Positions 54,287 through 64,000 of a DNA stretch of 64,000 nucleotides are shown one piece after another. The DNA comes from Anaeramoeba ignava BMAN (lineage: Eukaryota; Protista; Anaeramoebae). Positions within the stretch are counted from its first letter, which is position 1, and each line of letters opens with the position of its first letter. The DNA lies in assembly GCA_028826165.1 (NCBI GenBank), contig JAPDFW010000063.1:186001-250000 (forward strand), given 5' to 3'. The translations under genes and the position numbers were made by a program. The notes beneath the pieces were generated by a model. That model saw nothing but the letters and a program-made list of their open reading frames with translations, was not told the DNA's origin and ran no database searches.

Positions 54287-55934
54287 TTAAATGAAATAAG
54301 TTTCAAATTCATCAACAACCCATGAATTATAAGAACCAGCTAAATAACTTTTACCAGAATCTGTATTATAAGTAATTCCATTAGGTGGATTATAACTTTT
54401 ACCAAAATTTGACCAACCAGGTTGTAAATTAGAATTTAAATGAAAATCAGGATAAGAATAACCAAAAAATGGACCATAATTTAAATTAGAATAAATTGCA
54501 TTTCCTTCTTGACCTTGTTTAATTGTAAACTTTGCAGGTATTCTATCCCCTTTATCATTCCTTAATGAAAAAATAAATGCATTTGAGTCATTAATGCTTT
54601 CTCCATATTGTGAATGTTTAAATCCAACTTGAGTAAAACCTCCAAAAATAAAATTTTGTTTTGTTTTGATAATAATTAATGTTTTTCCTTTCCCATCAAC
54701 TGCTTTATGCCAATTTTGAGAATTAAATCCATCTTTTTTTGCTGAAAATCCTTTTTTCATTTTAGAAAAAAAATCATTATCATTTATCCATTCTTGTAAT
54801 TTCTTAACATATTCAATATCTTTAATAATTTCTGAATCTGAAAATTGAGGAAAATTCTTTCTTAATTCAATCTCCATTTGATATTGATCAAAAACAGGTT
54901 TCATTTTCTCATTCTCTTCTTTTTACTTAACAAAAACAGGTTTCATTTTCTTTCATTCTTTTTATTTTCTTCCATTTTCTTCAATTTCTTTGTTTTTATC
55001 TTCAATTTCTTTGTTTTTATCTTCAATTTCTTTTCTTTTATTTCTTTTCTTTGTTTTTTTTCTTTTGTTTTTTCAATTTCTTTTTTTGATTTCTTTTTGA
55101 TTATCTTGAATAACTTTGTTTTGAATATCAACTAAAAAGATTTAGGAAAAAAATCAAATTGTTTTTAATTTATCAAAATCTTGTTTTGAAATTGAATTTT
55201 TATCAAATAATGAAAAAGAATGAAATAATCTTTTCTTTTCAATTCATTTTGTTTTTATATTTCTTTTAACTTTCTTTTTTCCAATCCAATTATTTAAAAA
55301 TTGAAAAATCAAATTGAAAAATTTCTTTTTTTTCCTTGTTTAAATTGAATAAATTTGATAATTTCTTCTTTAGTTAAATTGAATAAATTCTCATTATTTT
55401 GAATTTGGGAAAAATTTTTGATTTATTAATTCAAAACATTTTATTTCAATTTCATTTGAATTTAAATTTCGATTTTGGAATAAAAATTGGAAAAATTTGA
55501 ATAATTAATTGAATTTGAAATTTTTGAATAATTTCTTTCAATAAATTTAATTTAAAATAAATTGAAATTTCTAATAATTGAATAAGATTTTCTTGATTCT
55601 CAAAAGAAATATTTCCATAATAAATATAACTCAAAATTGATTCCATTTCTTTTTATTAAATTGATTTAAAGAAATTTTATCAAAAGTTTTTCTTGCCTTA
55701 ATGGGATTCATTAAAAAGGAGATCTTGAAGATAAAATTGATTTATGAACTTTAATTTCAAAAGGATTTGATTTATTCTCAACAAAAATTGAAAAATCTTT
55801 AAATGAATTTCCATTTAAAAGGTTTGAATAATTTTTAATTAAATTTTTGTTACTTTTTCTAAATTTTTCATTTCATTTTGATTTTGATTTTGATTTGCAT
55901 TTTGAATTTGGTTATTGTTATTATTATTATCCAT
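54287..55934 (-). pseudogene. BTB-TLDc gene with intact TLDc C-terminus and multiply frameshifted BTB half
   Basis: TLDc ORF 54287-54904 closely related to 51055-51600; upstream fragments KDFSIFVENKSNPFEIKVHKSILSSRSPF and MESILSYIYYG; ATG at 55934. Confidence 0.75.
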
Positions 55935-56762
55935 TTGTTTTTGTTTTTGTTTTTGTGTTTTTGTTTTTAAAAAAAAGGAAAAATGAAAAATTTAAATAAA
56001 AATGAATAAAAAGTGGATTTTGAAAAAAATAAAAAAATATAAAAATAAGAATAAATTTAAATTAATAATTAATTTAATTTTCTTTTTAATTTATTATTTT
56101 AAATTAATTTATTAATAAATTATTATTATTTTTATTAATTTTTTATTATTAAAAAAAAAGGAAAATTATTTTAATTTAATTTTTAATTTAATTTTTTTTT
56201 TGAATTTAAAAATTATTAATAAATTTAAATTTTTAAAACAAATTTCCAAATTAATATTAATTCAATTTAATTCAAAAAAAAAGATAAAATTTTAATTTCA
56301 AAAATCAATTTTCAAAATATTTTTAAATAATAAAATATTTAAATCTAAAACAATAAATTATTATTTTAATAATAAAATTAAATATTAAATTATATTTTTA
56401 AATTAATTTATAAATTAAATATTAAATTAAATCTATTCTCATTTTTTATATTTATATGTTAAATATTTAAATAATAAAATATTTAAATCTAAAACATTAA
56501 ATTATTATTTTAATAATAAAATTAAATATTAAATTAAATCTATTTTCATTTTTTATATTTATATGTTTAATATTTAAATAATAAAATATTTAAATTTGGA
56601 TTTTTTTGATTTAATTGAAAATAATCAATTCCATTTTGATTTTTAATTTTAATTTTGATTTTAATTTTAATTTTAATTTTAATTTTAATTATTAAATTTG
56701 GATTTGTTTCATTTAATTGAAAATAATCAATTCCAATTTTAATTTCATTAATGATTTCTTGT

Positions 56763-58583
56763 TTAAAAAATTAAACAATTTTCTTTTTTTTTGTTTTTTT
56801 TTCTTTTGAGATTTTCATTTTTAAATTTGTTAATTAATAAATCAAATAAATTTGGATTTGTTTGATTTAATTGAAAATAATCAATTCCAATTTGAATTTC
56901 ATCAATAATTTCTTTTGTAATTTGAATTTCATCTTTAATTTGATTTGAATAAATCCAATATTCAAATATTTGAAATGATTTATTACTTAATTCACTATAA
57001 TCTGTAACTTTATTTGATTTATCATTTATTACAGATAAAAACATTCCTCGATATAATTCACTTCTCATTATTAATATTAATTTAGGAAATTTATATTGTT
57101 TTTCTTTTCTTTCAATTATAAAATCATTTTCATTTTCATTTAAATAAATTCTTTTCATTGTTTCTTCAATTTTTTCATTTGAATTTATAATTTCTTTAAT
57201 TTCTGAATATAATTTTGGATTTATTATTCTGTTTGAATAAATCATTTCAAATATTTGATTTGATTCTTGAATTGATTTTTTTGAAATAATTTCTTGAAGT
57301 TTTTCATTTTGATTTTCATTTTGATTTAATCTATATTTCAATATTAATTTATGAGCTTCAATTATTTCTCCATTTTCTGTTTTAAATGAAATATCACAAA
57401 ATTCTTTTCTTTCAAATAGTTTTATCAAATCTTCTTCAAGATTGGAAAAAGAAGGAGGAGAATAATAAATGAACGAATTGTTATATCCATAATTAACATG
57501 ATAATTGGAAATATCTTCATTAAATCTTAATTTAGGAAGTTCAATTTGAATTGGCACTTTATGATCTTTTGTATCTCCAGTTCCTAATTCACCATAAGAA
57601 TTATTTCCAAGTCCAATTAATTTTGAATTAGAAGTTAAAATCAAAGTATGTTGATTCCCAACAGAAAAATCAAGAATATTATCATCATTTTCAAATAAAG
57701 ATGATTTGATTTCAGTAAATTCATAAGTATTTTTAAGTATTTTTCCAAGTCCATTAAATAGATAATTTCCGCATGAATAAATTTTTCTTTTTGGATTTTC
57801 ATTTTGATTTGGATTTTCATTTTCAATCAACATTATTGAATGATAATTTCCAGATTGAATATCAATTATTTTGCCTTTTGGAATATTTTGGATTTTGGTT
57901 AATTTATTTTTTTCTTCTTTTCTTGATTCTCCTAATCCAAGTTGACCATCACTATTATATCCGCATCCAAATAATTCTTGATTTGAATTTAAAAGAAAAA
58001 CAAAATTCGATGTATTTCCTGAAAATATTTTAGAAACATTTTTCATCATTAAAATTGGTTTTTCTGTTTTAAAAAGTGTTTCAGAATCAAAACCAAGTTG
58101 ACCATAATCATTTGAACCAATTCCATAAGCATTTTGATTTGTAGTTAATAAGTAAATTGAACGAGAAGCAGAAACAATATCTTGAATTATTCTATCATTT
58201 ACATCTTCAATTAATGATGAAATATTGATAAATTCATTTGGATTTTCTGGATTAATATTGTATCCTTTGGCAAATACATTTCCTTCTATTGTTAAAATAG
58301 CTACATTATGAAAACCAACAGTTACTTTTTGAATATTTTCTTCAATTTGGATTTTTTTTTTAATGGTTTCAGGATTTATAATTGAATCTGTGAAACATTG
58401 TATTGCTTTTCCATTTTCAAAAAGGAAAACTACTGAATCATAAATTGGTGAAATTTGTTTAATTTGTTTTTCATTTTCATTTTCATTTTCAAATTTAAAT
58501 TGAATTGGTTTTGTTATTTTATCTGGTTCATTTCTGATAAGTTTTGGATTATAATTTAAACCAAAAAATAAACAATCATTCAT
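56763..58583 (-). CDS. Intact intronless RCC1-repeat + BTB-like + polybasic CaaX protein
   Basis: Likely start MNDCLFFG at 58583; GSNDYGQLG, GYNSDGQLGLG, SVGNQHTLIL; BTB FCDISFK...AHKLILKYR; ends KRKKNKKKENCLIF. Confidence 0.88.
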   Translation of the reverse strand: MNDCLFFGLNYNPKLIRNEPDKITKPIQFKFENENENEKQIKQISPIYDSVVFLFENGKAIQCFTDSIINPETIKKKIQIEENIQKVTVGFHNVAILTIEGNVFAKGYNINPENPNEFINISSLIEDVNDRIIQDIVSASRSIYLLTTNQNAYGIGSNDYGQLGFDSETLFKTEKPILMMKNVSKIFSGNTSNFVFLLNSNQELFGCGYNSDGQLGLGESRKEEKNKLTKIQNIPKGKIIDIQSGNYHSIMLIENENPNQNENPKRKIYSCGNYLFNGLGKILKNTYEFTEIKSSLFENDDNILDFSVGNQHTLILTSNSKLIGLGNNSYGELGTGDTKDHKVPIQIELPKLRFNEDISNYHVNYGYNNSFIYYSPPSFSNLEEDLIKLFERKEFCDISFKTENGEIIEAHKLILKYRLNQNENQNEKLQEIISKKSIQESNQIFEMIYSNRIINPKLYSEIKEIINSNEKIEETMKRIYLNENENDFIIERKEKQYKFPKLILIMRSELYRGMFLSVINDKSNKVTDYSELSNKSFQIFEYWIYSNQIKDEIQITKEIIDEIQIGIDYFQLNQTNPNLFDLLINKFKNENLKRKKNKKKENCLIF

Positions 58584-58651
58584 TTTTGAAAAGAAAAAAA
58601 TGAAAATTAAATTTTTTTTTTTCATTTTTTTTTTCATTTTTTTTTCCTTAA
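58584..58651. promoter_or_regulatory. Putative 68-bp bidirectional promoter between RCC1-BTB and SUMO-like-domain genes
   Basis: Divergent ATGs 68 bp apart with back-to-back TCATTTT elements. Confidence 0.55.
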
Positions 58652-59335
58652 ATGACATTTTGGTCACTTTCTGGACTTGAAGAACTTTATCCAAGTGATC
58701 CTCTTGAAGAAGAACAACAAACACAAGAACCTTATCAAGAATTTTTTAATTCACAAAAAAAAAGAAAAAAACCAAACAATACAAGAAATCAAAAAAAACT
58801 CAAAAACGCAAAACATAAAAAAAATGAAGCAAAAAAAGGAAACACAAGAACAGAAAGAATAACAAGAACAAAATCAGTGCCAATCAAAACAGAAAACCAA
58901 AAGAAAATTATCAACGGAAATGAAAAGAAAAATATAAACGGAAAAATAAAACCGAAAAAAAAAAACAAAAAAAATCAAAATTCTCCTTTACAACTTGATC
59001 GGAAACAAATAAGTATGATTGCGCGCTTGGATCTTCTTCGGGAAAAAGAAGAAAAAGCAGAAAAAGAAGCGCCGTTGCAATCCAATTTTATAGAAGATGA
59101 CGATCCAAATAAAATAATAGTTAAAGTTAACGGACTTGGTTTAAAAGGATTAAAATTTAGAATTTTTAAAAATTCACCTTTTGGCTTGTTAATGGATATT
59201 TTTTGTCAAAAAAGAAATCTTCCTCGTGAAAGAATTCAATTTTTTTGTGAAGATTTAACTGTTAGTCCTGAAGATTCTCCAGAAACTGTTTTTCTTGGTG
59301 AAACTAAAAAAGTTTTAATTGCTGGTTTAATTTAG
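58652..59335 (+). CDS. Protein with basic disordered N-terminus and C-terminal SUMO-like domain (Rad60/Esc2/NIP45-like)
   Basis: IIVKVNG...LKFRIFKNSPFGLLMDIFCQKRNLPRERIQFFCEDLTVSPEDSPETVFL fits a SUMO-like fold; no terminal di-Gly. Confidence 0.7.
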   Translation: MTFWSLSGLEELYPSDPLEEEQQTQEPYQEFFNSQKKRKKPNNTRNQKKLKNAKHKKNEAKKGNTRTERITRTKSVPIKTENQKKIINGNEKKNINGKIKPKKKNKKNQNSPLQLDRKQISMIARLDLLREKEEKAEKEAPLQSNFIEDDDPNKIIVKVNGLGLKGLKFRIFKNSPFGLLMDIFCQKRNLPRERIQFFCEDLTVSPEDSPETVFLGETKKVLIAGLI

Positions 59336-59505
59336 TTTTTTTTTTTTTTGTATTCATGTTTGGGATTATTTTTTTTTTATTTTTTTTATTTTTTTTGGAT
59401 CAATAAAAAGAGAATTCCTTTCATTTTTTAGGTAAAATTTATTCGTTTGAATGATTTTTTCTTGTTAAAGAATCAAAATCAAAAATAAAAATAAAATAAA
59501 TCATT

Positions 59506-62500
59506 TTAAAGTCCTGAATAAACAATTTCAGAAGGTTGTGTTTTTGGAACAGTTGTTTTTAATAAATGAACATCAGGAAGATCATCTCCAGTAAGAATCA
59601 TATTCTTTGGTCTTTGTTTTTGTTTTTCCAATTCTCTTTTTTTTTTGAATCTTTTCCATGAAATCCAAATAATTATTATGAATAAAACTCCTCCAACTGA
59701 AGGAACAATACCAAGAAATATTTTAGAAGTTTTACATTCCTTTTAATTTTTTATCCGATTTAAATTTTTTATCCAATTTTTATTTTAATTTTAATTTTGA
59801 TTTTGATTTTAATTTTTTATCCGATTTTGATTTTAATTTTAATTTTGATTTTAATTTTAATTTAAATTTTGATTTTAATTTTAATTTTAATTTTAATTTT
59901 AATTTTAATTTTAATTTTAATTTTAATTTTAATTTTAATTTTAATTTTAATTTTAATTTTAATTAAAAAAATATAGATAAATATTATACATCTGAACCTT
60001 CTTTTGAAGTTTGTAAAAAACCACATTTTATTGGCTCTGAACAACCAATAGGACATTTATGATTTTTTGGACAAGTAATTGGATTTGCAGTTTTTGCATA
60101 AGGACAATAACTTCCTGCAGGACAAATACTACAAGGAGTAACTCTTCCTGGTTGTGAATTGTATCTTCCAGATCCACAAAAAAGACATGAACTTTTTGCT
60201 TCTTCATTTTGATATGTTCCTGGATCGCATTTAGTACAGTTTGTTGAATTGGAATCTGGTGAATAAGATCCAGGATCACATCCCTTGCAAATACCACCAG
60301 TTATACTTCATTTTTGAATTAAATATAAATTAAATTTCATTTTTAAATTAAATATAATTTCATTTTTAAATTAAATATAAATCTGTTTTCTTTCATTTTT
60401 AAATTAAATATAAATCTGTTTTCTTTCATTTTTAAATTAAATATAAATCTGTTTTCATTCATATTTAAATTAAATATAAATCTATCTTCTTTCATTTTTG
60501 AATATAAATATAAATATAATTTCATTTTTAAATTAAATATAAATTAAATTTCATTTTTGAATTTATAAATATAAATTAATTTTCATTTTTAAATTAAATA
60601 TAAATCTGTTTACTTTCATTTTTAAATTAAATATAAATCTGTTTTCTTTCATTTTTAAATTAAATATAAATCTGTTTTCATTCATTTTTAAATTAAATAT
60701 AAATCTGTTTTCATTCATATTTAAATTAAATATAAATCTATCTTCTTTCATTTTTGAATATAAATATAAATATAATTTCATTTTTAAATTAAATATAAAT
60801 TAAATTTCATTTTTGAATTAAATATTAAATATAATTTCATTTTTGAATTAAATATAAATATAATTTCATTTTTGAATATAAATATAAATATAATTTCATT
60901 TTTGAATTAAATATAAATTAAATTTCATTTTTAAATTAAATATAAATCTGTTTTCTTTCGTTTTTGAATTAAATATAAATCTGTTTTCTTTCATTCATTT
61001 TTGAATATAAATATAAATATAAATTTGTTTTCATTCATTTTTAAATTAAATATAAATCTATTTTCTTTCATTTTTGAATATAAATATAAATATAAATTTA
61101 TCTTCTTTCGTTTTACTTATTATAATAGCCAGGTGCACAAGCATCACATTCTGTATGTTCTACATTTGGTCCTTGACCTGGATTACAAGGAACACAAATT
61201 GTTCTATTATCAACAGAAATATATCCACCAGTGCATGGAATACAAATTGTTTTATTATCAGCAACTCTTGTTCCTGGATCACATTCATGGCAATCTGTTT
61301 GTTCTGGGCATAAAGTTTCATTACCACAATTATTTTCACAATATGCTATTAGATTTAGATTTAGAATTAGATTTAGAATTAGATTTAGAATTAGAATTAG
61401 ATTTAGAATTAGATTTAGAATTATAATTAGATTTAGAATTAGAATTAGATTTAGAATTATATTTAGAATTTTAGAATTAGAATTGTGGAAGAATTATATT
61501 TAGAATTTGAATATATTTAATTAGATTTAGAATTATATATATTTAGAATTTAGAATTATATTTGAATTATAATTAGAATTAGAATTAGAATTAGAATTAG
61601 AATTAGAATTAGAATTAGAATTAGAATTAGAATTAGAATTAGAATTAGAATTAGAATTAGAATTAGAATTAGAATTAAAATTAGAATTAGAATTAGAATT
61701 AGAATTAGAATTAGAATTAGAAGAATTTTAGAATTATGAATTATAAATTAGAATTTAGAATTAGAAAATTAGAATTAGAATTAAATTAGAGTAGAATCAA
61801 ATTTAAGAAGAAAGAATTAGAATTATTAAAGAATTGGAATTAGAAATTAGATTTGAATTTAGATTTAGATTTAAATTGAGAATTTTAAATTTAGAATAGA
61901 ATTTTGAATTATTAAATTAGAATTAGAATAGAAATTTATTAAATTAGAAAGAATTAAATTTAAATTAGAATTAGAATTGAAATTAGATTTTGTAGAAATA
62001 GAAATTAGAATTTCAGATTTAAAATTAGAATTAGAATAGAATTGTAGATTTAGAAATCAGAATTTAGAAATTAGAATTAGAAGAAGAATTAGAATTAATT
62101 AGAAATTAGAATTGTGTAAATTAAATTAAAGAATTAGAATTTAGAATTAGAATTGAATTAAATTTGAATTAGAATTAGAATTAGAATCAGAATAGAGAAA
62201 TTGAAATTAGAAATTAGAATTAGAATAGAATTTAGAAATTAGAAATTAGAATTAAATAAATTGTAGAATTAGAATTTAGAATTAAAGAATTAAATTTAAA
62301 TTAGAAATAGAATTTAGTTATTAGAATTTAAATTTAATTTTAATTAGAATTGAAATTTAAAATTAGAATTGGAATTGAAAATTAGAATTAAAGAATTAGA
62401 ATTTAGAATTAGAATTTAGAATCATGAATTTAGATTTTAGTATTTAATTAAGAAATTAGTAGAATTAAAATTAGAATTAGAAATTATTAAATTAGGAATT

Positions 62501-63206
62501 AAATTAGAAATTAGAAATTAGAATTAATTAGGAAATTAGGTAGAAAAAGAATTGAATTTAGAATTAGAATATTTTAAAATTAGAATAAGAAATTAGGTAG
62601 AATTTAATTAGAATTTAGAATTAGAATTTATTTAGAATTTGGGAATTAGATTTAGAATTAGAATTAGAATTTGGAATCAGAATTTAGAATTTAGAATTTA
62701 GAATTGGAGAATTTAGAATTAGAATTTGAAGAATTAGATTTAGAAATTTAGAATTTATTTAAATTTAAAATTAGAAAAATTTAGATTTATATTTAGAATT
62801 AAATTAGAATTTAGAATTAGAATTAGAATTAAAGAATTAGAATTAGAATTTAAATTATAAATTAGATTTAGAATTAAATTTAAAGAATTTAGAATTAGAA
62901 TTTAGAATTAGAAGAATAGAATTTGAATTAGAATTAGAATTAGAATTATAATTAGAATTAGAATTATATTTAGATTTAGATTTAGAATTAGATTTAAAAT
63001 TAGATTTAGATTTAATATTATAATCAAAATTAAAATTGATTTGAGAATTAAAATTGATTTGAAAATTAAAATTAAAATTGATTTGAAAATTAACTCAAAT
63101 TGTTTGGGACATTTCCTGTTGGACATTCAACACAATCAGATTTAATAAAAGGAAATAAAACTATTAATAAAATAGAAATTAATATAAAATGAATTGATGA
63201 GAACAT
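59506..63206 (-). CDS. Type I membrane protein with CxxC-rich (GCC2/ephrin-receptor-like) ectodomain, 4 exons
   Basis: Signal MFSSIHFILISILLIVLFPFIKS; CHECDPGT, CVPCNPGQG, CTKCDPGTYQ, CSICPAGSYCP; TM IFLGIVPSVGGVLFIIIIWISW; tail ends IVYSGL*; long introns ~60307-61117 and 61346-63094. Confidence 0.85.
60310..61110. repeat. Intronic ~33-bp minisatellite (TTCATTTTTAAATTAAATATAAATCTGTTTTCT)
   Basis: Visible repeats; source of spurious RFIFNLKMKEN ORFs. Confidence 0.9.
61350..63010. repeat. Intronic (TTAGAA)n array, pure at ~61575-61720 and degenerate beyond
   Basis: Visible hexamer array. Confidence 0.9.
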
Positions 63207-63422
63207 AAAATGAAAAAAAATGAAAAAAAATGAAAAAATTTTTTTTTTATTTAAAATTTGTTTTTAAAAAAGAAAAAGCAAAAAAAAAAAGAAGAAACAT
63301 TTGAAAGAGTAAAAGAAAACAAAAAAGAAACATTTTAATTAACATTTAAAAATTTCTTTAGATTTTTTGGATAATTTGATATTTAGATAATTTGGATAAT
63401 TTTGATGCTTTTTGTTTTGGAA

Positions 63423-64000
63423 TTATTTCCGATTAAGACATTTTTGTTTAAGCGATTTCACTAAAAATAAAAATAAAAATTAAAATTAAAATCAAATTAA
63501 AAATAAAATTAAAATTAAAATCAAATTAAAAAATTTACAAGAAATTCCAATTTCATTAACAGAATTCACTTCTTGATGATTTTGCCAATTTAAAAATTGA
63601 TGTTGAATTTGAAGGAATTCTTTGGCAAATTCATTTTCAGCATCAGCAACAGCTAAGTCAAGATCTCTTTTAATTAAACCTAATTCATTTGCATAAGCTT
63701 TTTCTAAAGCTTTAATTTCCGCTTGTTTTTGGTTCTCAATTTGTTGCAGTTTATTTGGATTGTTTGTCACTTTCAAAGGAGACATTGATAAGTTATTTTT
63801 TTTAGTTTCTTGTGACTTTGGCATTTGAACTTTTTGCCAATCTTTTTTAAACTGTGAATTTGAATCAATTTTCAAGTTCATTCTTTCTTGAATTTGTTTT
63901 GTTTGTTGTTTTTTTTGTGTTTTTGATTTCTTTTGTCCTCCTTTAATTCTTCTTCTTTTTGTTGTTGTAAAATTGTTTGGCGTTTCAAATGGAATCTGAA
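63423..64000 (-). CDS. 3' end of a hypothetical coiled-coil protein (5' part outside window)
   Basis: Open frame from the window edge to a GT at ~63538, short intron, last exon LKSLKQKCLNRK*; helical KQAEIKALEKAYANELGLIKRDLDLAV. Confidence 0.6.

Noticed and set aside
58584-58724. ORF-track N-terminal extension of RCC1-BTB overlapping the SUMO-like gene
   Set aside because: Starts at a non-ATG codon and crosses promoter-like poly-T/A; paralogue homology begins at the ATG at 58583
61350-63010. (TTAGAA)n as a telomeric or interstitial telomere repeat
   Set aside because: It sits inside an intron, lacks G-runs and fits the general intron-array pattern; the degenerate middle may be poor consensus

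Overview
Extremely AT-rich, gene-dense eukaryotic genomic DNA using the standard code and GT-AG spliceosomal introns. The style (poly-N/Q/E/K tracts, expanded RCC1-BTB and BTB-TLDc families) suggests an anaerobic protist such as Anaeramoeba (Metamonada), but that assignment is inference. There are about 23 protein-coding loci. Conserved genes: fimbrin-like, ATG2, DPM1, UBC13-like E2, TALE homeobox, FAM133-like, copine, ARP1/centractin, PH-RhoGAP-SH3, LMBRD1-like and a SUMO-like-domain protein. Fast-evolving intronless families: a tandem pair of beta-helix multi-TM surface receptors, CaaX-ended RCC1-BTB genes with fragments, and BTB-TLDc genes. Most introns are about 50-200 bp, but nearly every long intron and several 3' intergenic gaps are filled by their own AT-rich tandem repeat. 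Top hunt items: (1) a PH-LRR-ankyrin-Ras-like-RGS fusion protein; (2) a membrane-anchored, variable-propeller RCC1-BTB family paired with BTB-TLDc genes, a possible diversified Cullin-3 adaptor system; (3) a tandem receptor pair diverging in ectodomain patches; (4) a minimal AF4/FMR2-like elongation scaffold; (5) a recurrent TCATTTT / CCTTT core-promoter code; (6) intron-specific repeat expansion. Exon boundaries were read by eye. Many frameshifts lie in homopolymers and may be assembly errors. No rRNA, tRNA, CRISPR array or transposase was recognised.
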